NCBI RefSeq assembly: GCF_001535545.1
Contig: NZ_CP014142.1
Span: 36,169-68,168 of the forward strand
From: Thermus parvatiensis
Lineage (GTDB): Bacteria > Deinococcota > Deinococci > Deinococcales > Thermaceae
DNA: 32,000 nucleotides
Reading direction: 5' to 3'
The notes beneath the pieces are model-generated. The model saw only the letters and a list, made by a program, of their open reading frames with translations, had not been told where the DNA came from and ran no database searches. Of this stretch, positions 1 to 8,160 are shown one piece after another (the stretch's first letter is position 1; each line of letters opens with the position of its first letter). A program made the translations under genes and the position numbers.

Positions 1-956
1 CAGAAGCGAAGGTTTCGGCCATGGCCATCGCCGGGAACCACGACTCTGGGGAGAGGATGGAGCGGGTCTATCGTCAGCTCTTGGGTCGCTTCGGGGTGGA
101 GCTGCGGGGCCAGCTGGCTTTCGCCCACGAGGGCGGGGTGGTGGATCGAGGAGGCCTCAGGGTGGCCCTGGTGCCCTTCCTTTCCGAAAGACGCCTGGCC
201 AAGACCCTGGAACTTCCCCCTGAGGAACGCCACCTGGCCTATGCGGAGGGGATGCGCCGCCTTTTGGCCCACCTGGCCCAGGAGGGCACTCCGGACGTGT
301 ACCTGGCCCACTTCACCGTGGCGGGGGCCAGGGTGGGGGGTGGGGAGTATGTGCTGCACCTGGCCGAGCACTACGCCGTGCCTCCTGGAGCCCTGCCGGG
401 GGCCCGCTACATCGCTTTGGGCCACCTTCACGCCCTGCAGCAGGTGGCGGAAAACGCCTGGTACCCGGGAAGCCTGATCCCCCTGGACTTCGGGGCCAGC
501 GAGCGGGCGGAGAGGGGGGTGGTGCTGGTGGAGCTCCCTCTGGACCGCCATCTTCCCGCCCGGGTCCACCCCATGCCGACAAACTGGGGAAAGCCCCTCC
601 GCACCTTCCGGGTCAGGGTTTCCCAGGTGCAGGAAAGCCCCGGGGAGCGGGCCCGAATCCTGGGGGAGATCGAGGCCTTCCCGGGCTGGGCCCGGGTGGT
701 GGTGCAGGGGCCCATGCACCTGGAGCTGAGGGACACGCTTAAGGAAATGGAGAGGGTCCTCGAGGTGGCGTGGGAAGAGGAGAGGGAAGGAGACGGGGGC
801 GAGGCGCACCCCCCACCCTCCGCCCTCGAGGAGGCCTACCGGCAGTACCTGATGGAGGCAGGCCGCTGGGAAGGGGACCCCCCGGGGGAGGAGCTGGTCC
901 ATAGCTTTGCCGAGTTGCGGCAGGAGGTGGAAGAACATGAGGCCGGTGAGGATTGA
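1..956 (+). CDS. sbcD: SbcD/Mre11-family nuclease, 5' end outside the window
   Basis: The frame is open from nt 3 (EAKVSAMAIAGNHD...). It has the GNHD and GHLH phosphoesterase motifs. The stop at 954-956 overlaps the sbcC start by 20 nt, the classic sbcDC order. Confidence 0.85.
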   Translation, partial: EAKVSAMAIAGNHDSGERMERVYRQLLGRFGVELRGQLAFAHEGGVVDRGGLRVALVPFLSERRLAKTLELPPEERHLAYAEGMRRLLAHLAQEGTPDVYLAHFTVAGARVGGGEYVLHLAEHYAVPPGALPGARYIALGHLHALQQVAENAWYPGSLIPLDFGASERAERGVVLVELPLDRHLPARVHPMPTNWGKPLRTFRVRVSQVQESPGERARILGEIEAFPGWARVVVQGPMHLELRDTLKEMERVLEVAWEEEREGDGGEAHPPPSALEEAYRQYLMEAGRWEGDPPGEELVHSFAELRQEVEEHEAGED

Positions 957-3654
957 ACTGGAGGGTTTTGGCCCTTACCGGAAACGCCAGGTGGTGGACC
1001 TGGAGGGTGCGGATCTTTTCGTCATCACGGGTCCCACGGGAAGCGGTAAGACCACTCTGTTGGATGCCATTACCTTCGCCCTTTACGGAAGGGTTCACCG
1101 CCTGGGCAGCCGCAGGATCGAGGAGATGCGCCATCCCGAGGCGGAGAGGATGTGGGTGAGCCTCACCTTCCAGGTGGACGGCCGGGTCTACCGGGTGGAA
1201 CGGGAGGTGGGCAGGAGGCGGGAGGTCCGGGTGGCCGAGCACCTGGGGGAGCGCTGGCAGATCTGGGATGTCAGGGGCCGGAATCTGGAGGGTAGTTTGG
1301 AGAGGATCCTGGGCATGGACTACGACACCTTTGTCCGGACCGTGCTCCTGCCCCAGGGTGAGTTCGACCGCTTCCTGCGCCGGGACAAAGGGAGCGAGCG
1401 GCGGAAGATTCTGGACCACCTCTTCGGCCTGGATGTCCTTCAGGACATGAGGACCAAAGCCAGTGAGCGCAAGGGGAACCTGGAAAGCAGGATCGCCGCC
1501 CTCGAGGCCGAGCTGGAGTCCTTGAAGGAGGCCACCCCGGAGGCCCTGGAGCAGGTCCGGAACAGGATGGGGCAGGTGAAAAAGGCCCTGGAGGCGAAGA
1601 CGAGCGAGCTAAAAAAGGTTCAGGATGTCCGGGACCACTTCAGGGCCCTCCTCGCCCTATACGGGGAAAAAGCCCGTTTGCAAGAGGAGCTTTCCCGGCT
1701 CATGGAGGCGGAGCCTGCGCTTCTGGGGGACAAGGAACGGGCGGAGCTTTCCCAAAGGGCGAGGGAGCTCGTGGATCTGCTAGCGGAAAAGGAGAAGGCG
1801 GAAGCCCTTCTGAAGGAACTCAAGGAAGCGGACGCCCAGTTGGAGGAGGAGCGTGACGCCTTGGCTCGGGAACTGGACCTGGCCGAGCTCGAGCGGCTGG
1901 AAGGGCTTTGGGCCCAACGCGCCTATCTCCGGTCCCTCCACGACCTCCTGGGGAAGGCGGGAGAGAAACCTGCCCTCCATCCGGAGGCTTCCCCGTGGGA
2001 GGAGGAGGACGAGGCCGCCTTAAGGGAGGTCCTCGAGGAGCTTCCCCGCATGGAAAAGGCCAGGAAGCTGAAGGAGAAGCTCGTCCGCCAAGAGAAGGAG
2101 CTATCGGAGGTGGAGGCCGGGCTTCAGCAGACTCGCATGGCCCTGGTCCAAACCCTCCAGGCGGAGGTGGAGGAGCTGGAGGAGAGGCTTGGCCACCTGG
2201 AACGCCATCTGGGCGAGCTTGGGGTGGCCCGCTTCCGCCACCTCCTGCGGCCGGGAGAACCCTGTCCCCTTTGTCTCACCCCCGTCCAGGCCCTGCCGCC
2301 GGCCCTGGAGGAGGGGAAGGAGAAGGAGCTGGAAGGGGAGAGGAAGCAGGTGGAAACGCAGCTGGCCAGGAAGCGGGTGGAGCTTGAGCGCCTGCTGACG
2401 CTTGTCGGGCAGGAGGTTCCCCCGGCGAAGGTGGGGGTGGTGGCTGCCCTGGAAAAGGAGGAAACCCGGTTGGCCCGGCAGGCGGATGAGCTACGGGTTG
2501 CCGTAGGGTCTCTGAAAAAAGCCCTTGCGGACCTCGAGGTGGAGGACCTGGACCTGGAGGAGGAGTTTCGGCGCCTTGGCCAGGAGAAGCACCGCCTGGC
2601 CCTCTCCCTGGCGCACCACCTGGCGCAGGTGCTGGGGGGAAAGAACCTGAAGGACTTCATGACCTGGCTGGAGGAGCGCCTCCGGCACCTGCGGGGGCAG
2701 AAGAAGAGGCTGGAGGAGCTGGAGGAAGGGAGAAGGGAGCTCAGGGAAGAGCTTGGGCTCGTCCTGGCCCGGCTTGAGGAGAAGGTACGGGCCTTGGAGC
2801 AAGCCTGGAAGGATAACCCCGACCTTCCCCGGGACGGGAAGGCCCTACGGGCCCTTCTCCTGGATGAGGCAGAGGAGAAGAGGGCCCTTGAGGATTGGGA
2901 GAAACACCGGGACCATGTCCTAAGGGTCGAGGGAGCCCTGGAGTCCCTGGAGGCCAGGCTTCAGGAGCTGGCTCCGTTGCCCGAGACGCCGCCCACGCAG
3001 GAGGACCTGGAGGCGCTGGAGAAGCGCCTGGAGGATCTCAGCCAGGAGATCGGGGAGCTCAGCCAGGAACTGGGTGAGCTTCGTGGGGAGCTAGTGAACC
3101 TGGAGGGAGAGGTGAAACGCCGCGTGGGCCTGGAGGAGGATCTCCGGGAAAGGCGGCGGCAGTTCCGCATCTGGGAGGCCCTTACCAGCGACCTGCAGCA
3201 GCGGGCTTTCCCCGAATGGCTGCACCGCCGCCTGCAGCGGGCCCTCCTGGTCAGGGCCAACGAGATCCTGCACCAGCTCTCCTCCGGACGGTACAGCCTT
3301 AGGGTCAGGGAGGAAAGCGGCCTGGAGTACGAGGTGTACGACGCCTGGACGGGGGTCCACCGGTCTGCGCACACCCTCTCGGGGGGCGAGTCGTTTCTGG
3401 CGAGCCTGGCCCTGGCCCTTGCCCTTTCGGAGGAACTTGCCCGCAGGAAGCTGGAGGCCTTTTTCCTGGACGAGGGGTTCGGCACCCTGGACGGGGAGAC
3501 CCTCGAGGTGGTGGCGCAGGCCCTCGAGGGGCTGGGACGGCAGAACCGGATGATCGGCGTCATCACCCACGTGGAAAGCCTGGCCCAGCGTTTCCCCATG
3601 AGGCTTCGGGTTCGGAAGGGGAGGGGGGAAAGCGTGGTGGAGTGGGTGGACTGA
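937..3654 (+). CDS. sbcC: SbcC/Rad50-family ATPase
   Basis: Walker A GPTGSGKTT, then a long E/L/K/R-rich coiled coil with a central CPLC zinc hook (nt 2263-2274). C-terminal LSGGE signature, Walker B FFLDEGFG and ITHV. GGAGGTG lies 6 nt before ATG 937, which favours 937 over the ORF-track start at 907. Confidence 0.9.
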   Translation: MRPVRIELEGFGPYRKRQVVDLEGADLFVITGPTGSGKTTLLDAITFALYGRVHRLGSRRIEEMRHPEAERMWVSLTFQVDGRVYRVEREVGRRREVRVAEHLGERWQIWDVRGRNLEGSLERILGMDYDTFVRTVLLPQGEFDRFLRRDKGSERRKILDHLFGLDVLQDMRTKASERKGNLESRIAALEAELESLKEATPEALEQVRNRMGQVKKALEAKTSELKKVQDVRDHFRALLALYGEKARLQEELSRLMEAEPALLGDKERAELSQRARELVDLLAEKEKAEALLKELKEADAQLEEERDALARELDLAELERLEGLWAQRAYLRSLHDLLGKAGEKPALHPEASPWEEEDEAALREVLEELPRMEKARKLKEKLVRQEKELSEVEAGLQQTRMALVQTLQAEVEELEERLGHLERHLGELGVARFRHLLRPGEPCPLCLTPVQALPPALEEGKEKELEGERKQVETQLARKRVELERLLTLVGQEVPPAKVGVVAALEKEETRLARQADELRVAVGSLKKALADLEVEDLDLEEEFRRLGQEKHRLALSLAHHLAQVLGGKNLKDFMTWLEERLRHLRGQKKRLEELEEGRRELREELGLVLARLEEKVRALEQAWKDNPDLPRDGKALRALLLDEAEEKRALEDWEKHRDHVLRVEGALESLEARLQELAPLPETPPTQEDLEALEKRLEDLSQEIGELSQELGELRGELVNLEGEVKRRVGLEEDLRERRRQFRIWEALTSDLQQRAFPEWLHRRLQRALLVRANEILHQLSSGRYSLRVREESGLEYEVYDAWTGVHRSAHTLSGGESFLASLALALALSEELARRKLEAFFLDEGFGTLDGETLEVVAQALEGLGRQNRMIGVITHVESLAQRFPMRLRVRKGRGESVVEWVD

Positions 3655-3661
3655 GGGCAGG

Positions 3662-3940
3662 TTACTCCTTGGGGCCAAACTCGTAGCGCTGGGTGTACGG
3701 GTTGTAGCGGATCTCCCAGTCACAGGGTACCAGCTCGTAGCTCCCGGTATACGGGTTATACTTTTCGCACAGGTCCTTGGCCTTACGGGCTTCGTACCTG
3801 CCTGTGAAGCGGTTGACCTCGGCATCATCGTCGGTCCCCACGCCGTATTTGCCCGTGAAGGGATTCAGGACTTCCTTGTGCTCTTTTCCCTCATCGTAGT
3901 ACTCGTATTTACCCGTGAAGGGGTTGTACTTGATGGCCAT
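3662..3940 (-). CDS. Small (92 aa) tandem-repeat protein of unknown family
   Basis: Five degenerate repeats with consensus YNP[FY]TG.YE, spaced 18-23 aa apart. Two Cys, no signal peptide or TM segment. GC is visibly lower (roughly mid-50s %) than the neighbours. TATACT lies exactly 6 nt upstream of the ATG. Confidence 0.6.
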   Translation of the reverse strand: MAIKYNPFTGKYEYYDEGKEHKEVLNPFTGKYGVGTDDDAEVNRFTGRYEARKAKDLCEKYNPYTGSYELVPCDWEIRYNPYTQRYEFGPKE

Positions 3941-3946
3941 GACTCC

Positions 3947-3952
3947 AGTATA
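3947..3952 (-). promoter_or_regulatory. -10 box TATACT, N6 before the ATG (leaderless-type promoter)
   Basis: The minus strand reads TATACTggagtcATG. The same -10-N6-start geometry recurs at five other genes in the window. Confidence 0.45.
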
Positions 3953-3967
3953 GGATGCGTGACGACT

Positions 3968-3987
3968 CCCCGCTCTGAAGAGCGGGG
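3968..3987 (-). other. 8-bp stem hairpin CCCCGCTC-N4-GAGCGGGG, 12 nt after the TnpB-fragment stop; possible IS200/IS605 right-end / omega-RNA region hairpin
   Basis: A perfect inverted repeat is seen directly. There is no U-tract, so it is not a classical intrinsic terminator. Confidence 0.35.
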
Positions 3988-3998
3988 CTTCTCGGTTC

Positions 3999-4265
3999 TC
4001 ACGGGACGGCCCATGCCGTACCCATCCCCGAAGGCTCCGTCCGAGCCCTAGCCAGGATGTTCTGCGCCGCCGCTATGTCCCGGTGTAGGTGAGCCCCGCA
4101 CTGGGGGCAGGTATACTCCCGCACCCACAAGGGTTTCTTCTCCCGGTACCCGCACACCGGGCAGTCCTGGCTTGTGTACTTTGGATCTACCTTTATCACC
4201 TGCCTACCAGCCTCTGCCGCTTTGTAGGCAAGGATTCTTAAAAACTGTTCCCAACCCGCATCCAT
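3999..4265 (-). pseudogene. tnpB: C-terminal fragment of a TnpB (IS200/IS605 OrfB) RNA-guided nuclease
   Basis: DAGWEQFLRILAYKAAEAGRQVIKVDPKYTSQDCPVCG...CPQCGAHLHRDIAAAQNI matches the TnpB zinc-ribbon plus the last RuvC motif (HRD..AA.NI). The N-terminal roughly 300 aa are absent. Confidence 0.75.
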
Positions 4266-4306
4266 TACTCCTTTCGCAACATAGGAGCGGGCCAGGTCGT
4301 GTAAGG

Positions 4307-5345
4307 ACCCCCCTTTCGGTTATTCACTCCGAGGCCCTTCACGCTGCCACCCTGGCCACCCAGGTGGGAGGCAAGCCCTCCCGGGCTAGAACTTGGGCCA
4401 CAAAGGAAAAGGCCGTCACCACCGCCGTCACCTGCCGACTAACCGCCTTAAGGCCCCGCACCCGTCGCAAACAAGCTGCCAAACCTAAGGAGCCCTTCAA
4501 CAAACCAAACACCGTCTCCACCTCCCACCTCCGCCGGTACAACCGACGGTAGGCCCCACGCTGAAGCCGCCTCAAGTTCTCCCCCCTCCTTCTCCCCCTC
4601 GGCTTCCCCCGCCTCCGGTTGTGCCCAGAAATGAGCAAAAGCCCCTTCTCCTCTGCAGCCTGAAAAAGCCCCTCGGCATCGTAGGCAGAATCCCCAAGGA
4701 GCAGGGAGGGCTTTTCCCCTTCCCAAGAGGCTATCCCCCGCACAAGAGCCCAGCCCACCGGACCATCATGCCGGTTAGCCGGGGTCACGGAGGTCAGCCC
4801 CGTAGGGGCTATCTTGTGGGCCAGGATCTCCCCCGTGTCCAGGTCCAAAAGCAGGTGGAGCTTATACCCGTAGACCCACTGCCCCTTGGAATCCCTCCCC
4901 CAACGGGCTTCGGGGTCCGTGGCCTGAGCAGGCAGGGCGGTGGCGTCTAAGGCCAGGACCCTTCTTTTGGTCTTCTCCCCCCTTGCCTTTGCCAAAGGGC
5001 CTGCCAGGGGAGGTGTTTACTCCGCTCGCTTACCGTGGCCCGGCTTAAGAACGCTGGGCAGGCCCAGGGCCCGGCACAGGGAGGGATCTCGTCGGAGTTC
5101 CCGCAGCATGCGTTCCACGGACCAGCCCATAAAGGCGCGGTAGACGTGGGTCACGCGAAGCGTACCTTGGGGCGTAGGAGATGGGTGTGGGTGTAGGTTC
5201 TGGGGCGACCGGGTTTGGGGCCAGGTTCTGGGACCTGGAGGGAGCGGATCAGTGTGCGCAGTTGCCACTCGGGGAGTTCTGGTAAGCTGGGAGGGGGCTT
5301 GGGTGTTCCCACACATTTATCCAAGCCCCTTCCTTATTGGCGTGT
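4307..5345 (-). mobile_element. Degraded IS4/IS5-type insertion sequence (boundaries approximate)
   Basis: It contains the disrupted DDE transposase listed next. It separates a 5'-truncated TnpB from a 5'-truncated PIN gene. I found no convincing terminal inverted repeats by eye. Confidence 0.45.
4339..5312 (-). pseudogene. DDE transposase (IS4/IS5 type), split over three frames
   Basis: The C-terminal ORF 4339-4995 has LLGDSAYD and YRRRWEVETVFGLLK. The N-terminal pieces lie in two other frames: LPELPEWQLRTLIRSLQ..GRPRTY and VYRAFMGWSVERMLRELRRDPSLCRALGL. Confidence 0.7.
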
Positions 5346-5347
5346 CA

Positions 5348-5662
5348 ATGCATATGCAGGTGAATATCCGAAAGGGGGGTAAATGGCTTCTCTTTGAAGC
5401 AAACGCCCTGATAGCCCAGCAGGCGTTGGGACGGATGATGGAGGCGTTGGAGATCTTACCCCTGCGCCTGGATGACCTCGAGGCCATCCAGATCCTCCTC
5501 CTGGGGATGCAAGGGTGGAGGGGAACTTTAGAGGATGCCAGTGTGGCGCTTCTTGCCCTCAGGCTGAAAGCCCCGGTGTGGACCCTGAACTACCGCGACC
5601 CGGAGGCGTTAAAAGGATTATCGTTCTGGGCAAGGGTGACGATTCCCTGGAGCTGGGTTTAG
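5348..5662 (+). pseudogene. C-terminal remnant of a PIN-domain (VapC-like) toxin
   Basis: KWLLFEAN...GTLEDASVALLALRLKAPVWTLNYRDPEAL aligns with residues from about 53 to near the C-terminus of the intact PIN protein at 19561-19974. The N-terminal acidic motif is missing. Confidence 0.6.
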
Positions 5663-5790
5663 GAACCTGCAACTCCTCGGTGAGGCCGCGCGAGGGTTAC
5701 CTGAGGACCGCTCGGGGGATATCTCTTTGCTGCCATGTAAGTCGCAGAATATCTGCGGAGATCTCGTAGATTTTCCGCGAGGATCGGGTG

Positions 5791-5796
5791 TACAAT
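5791..5796 (+). promoter_or_regulatory. -10 box TACAAT, N6 before ATG 5803
   Basis: The sequence reads TACAATcctcccATG. A palindrome CGCAGAATATCTGCG lies at 5744-5758 upstream. Confidence 0.4.
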
Positions 5797-5802
5797 CCTC
5801 CC

Positions 5803-7016
5803 ATGTACCCCCGCTTTCTCACCCCCCGTCTCCTCGAGGCTCTCCAGGACACCCCCGTGGTTTTTCTGGCCGGGGCCAGGCAGGTGGGGAAGAGCACCCT
5901 GGTGCGCAGCCTGGGATACGGCCGCTACCTGACCCTGGACGACCCCCTGGTCTTGGCCTCTGCCCAGCACGACCCCCTGGGCTTCCTTCAGGCGCAGGAA
6001 GGCCCTCTGGTCCTGGACGAGGTACAACGGGCTCCCGGCCTTCTTCGGGCCATCAAGCTCCTGGTGGACGAGGACCGGCGGCCAGGTCGGTTCCTGCTCA
6101 CGGGTTCCGCCAACGTCCTTGTCCTGCCCCAGGCCTCGGGGGAGCTGGTGGGCAGGATGGAGGTCCTCACCCTCTGGCCGCTTTCCCAAGGGGAGCTGGA
6201 GGGCAAGGAGGAGAAGTTTCTGGACCTCCTGTTCTCCCCCGCTTTCCCTCCGCCGGACGGCTGGAGGCTGTGTCCCTGGAGGAGCGGGTGTTTAGAGGTG
6301 GGTTTCCCGAGGCCGTGACCCGGAAGGGAAGGCGGCGCCAGGCTTGGTTCGAGGCCTACCTGAAGGCCCTGTTGGAGCGGGACCTGCGGGACCTCTCCCG
6401 CATCCACCGGCTTCTGGAGGTGCCCAAGGTCCTGGGCCTTCTGGCCCTCAGGCTGGGAAGTCCCATGAACCAGTCCGAGGTGGCCCGGGGGGCAGGGCTT
6501 CCCCTGTCCACCCTTCGGGATTACCTGGCCCTCCTCGAGGCCCTCTTCCTGGTGGTGCGGGTTCCCGCCTGGACCCCGGGGGGTGAGGGCCGTCTGGTGA
6601 AGGCGCCCAAGCTCTATTTTGTGGACTCGGGCCTGGCGGCAAGCCTCTTACGCTACGGGGGCCTGGCCCTGGATCAGGCTTCCAGCTTCGGTCCCCTGCT
6701 GGAGAACTTCGTGGTGTTGGAGATCCTCAAGGGCCTGGGTTGGAGCCAGGTGGCCCCAAACCTGTACCACTTCCGCACCCACACGGGCCAGGAGGTGGAC
6801 CTGGTCCTGGAGTGGGAGGGAAGGGTGGTGGGCCTCGAGGTCAAGGCGAGCCGCACCTTGGGGCTAAGAGACTTTTCAGGACTTAAGGCTCTGCGTTCCC
6901 TGGCCAAGGATCGCTTCCTAAGGGGTGTGGTCCTTTATGGGGGAGAGGAGATCCTGGCGGTGGAAAGGGACCTGTTAGCGGTTCCCATCCAGGCCCTGTG
7001 GCGGCTTACCGCCTAG
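5803..7016 (+). pseudogene. AAA+ ATPase (AAA_14 + DUF4143-like architecture) with one frameshift near 6250-6260
   Basis: Walker A GARQVGKST and Walker B LVLDEVQ lie in the frame of ORF 5788-6318. The C-terminal winged-helix/DUF4143-like part (LEERVFRGGFPEA...YFVDSGL...) lies in the frame of ORF 5727-7016. Confidence 0.75.
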
Positions 7017-7489
7017 AGGTGCGCTTCTACCCCGACGGGAGCCGGGCGGTGGTCTGCGGGGACCTCGAGGCCCCCAAGCTACGGGCTCCGCCCGTGACCA
7101 AGGTCTGGTACAAGCGGGTGCTCAGGGGATAGCCTTCAACGCCTGAAGAAAGTCGAAGGCCCGCCTCAGGCCCAGGAAGGCCTCCGCCGCCTCGTCCAGG
7201 GGGACCTCCGCCACGCTCAGCCCCTCCCTCAGGGCCAGGACCAGGCCCCCGTCCACGGGAAGCCCCTCCTCCCGGAGGGCCAGGGCGTAGGCCCCAATGC
7301 TTTCTTGCCTGCTTGGGGTATTGTTCGTGTCTGCTATGTGTGAAGAGCATGGGTAAGCCTGCTTGCGGAATGCTCCTGGAGCGAGTGCGGCTGGAGCAGC
7401 CCTCGTGGTAGGTTCGGTCGTTTCTTATCCGAAGCCCGGTCCTGGATTATCTGGGTGCCTGGGTGGTTTGGGTTTCTCGGGATGCCACC

Positions 7490-7513
7490 TTCGCGAAAGC
7501 TACGTTTCGCGAA
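7490..7513. repeat. Perfect inverted repeat TTCGCGAAA-N6-TTTCGCGAA
   Basis: Seen directly. It lies in an unassigned region, and each arm is itself palindromic. Confidence 0.6.
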
Positions 7514-8160
7514 AAAGAGACCCCACTGCCCCGCCCTGCAGTTTCTTGGAAATTCATCGGTACTAGAAAGGGCGGAGAAGCCTTTCGGGCACCTACCCCT
7601 TCCCCAAGGACTGCGGCCCTCCCTTCAAAAGGAAGGGGTTCCTGCCGGTTATCCGGCAAGAAACCCAGGCGACCCGGGGCCGCTTACCGCCGCCTTCACT
7701 TCCGTCCTTCCCCAAGGGCCCATGCCGGTTCTTGAGGAGGACGCCCAGGCTGTAGACCCGCTTTCCCACCTTGACCACGAAGGCTTCCAGCCTGTCGCCC
7801 CGCCGCACCACGGGATAACGGTAGGCCGCCTTGGGGAGCTTGAGGACCGCTCCTGGTCATCCTCCTCCACGACCAGCTTCTCTTCCGGCCTGGAGCCGGT
7901 GCGCGCCCGGCTCCTCTTTCCCCCAAGAGCTTGGTCCTGGACCTCCTGAGCCGAAGCCGGATGGTCCGCAAGGCCGCAGGCGCCCTCTTTTCGCTGGTCC
8001 TCGGAAGCGCTGAAGGCTCTACAGGTCCGCTTCCCGCGGGGTGTGGCGGCGCCTCTTGGAGACGCCCGCCTTTCCGCCTACCACAAGCCCAGCCGCACGC
8101 TCCACCCCGAGGGTGGCCTGAGTGCACCACTGCGTGGTTCCGGCGTGTTGCGAGGAGTTA

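Noticed and set aside
739-3828. Long antisense or alternative-frame ORFs overlapping sbcD and sbcC, for example 739-1419 (-), 2124-2660 (-), 2961-3599 (-) and 3091-3828 (-).
   Set aside because: Their composition is Pro/Arg/Gly/Ser-rich and low in complexity, which is typical of shadow frames in high-GC DNA. They sit fully inside genes with strong family motifs. The same reasoning applies to 11139-11864 (-), 24802-25469 (+), 25772-26797 (+), 26814-27784 (+), 27807-28625 (+), 28785-29366 (+) and similar ORFs.
3968-3987. The hairpin read as a bidirectional intrinsic terminator for sbcC or the TnpB fragment.
   Set aside because: There is no U-tract on either strand, and it lies about 310 nt past the sbcC stop with another gene in between.
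4293-4306. AGGTCGTGTAAGGA, a 14-nt match to the IS256 left-IR tip, possibly a solo IR scar next to the TnpB fragment.
   Set aside because: 13-14-nt matches are expected by chance several times in a 32-kb window searched on both strands. The same bases can also be read as the continuation of the TnpB frame (..SLHDLARSYVAKGVMDAGW). The question is left unresolved.
5727-6250. The N-terminal 170 aa of ORF 5727-7016.
   Set aside because: They are out-of-frame junk (PRGSPGHPRGFSGRGQ...). Only the part after about 6255 is real, and it continues the ATPase that starts in the other frame.
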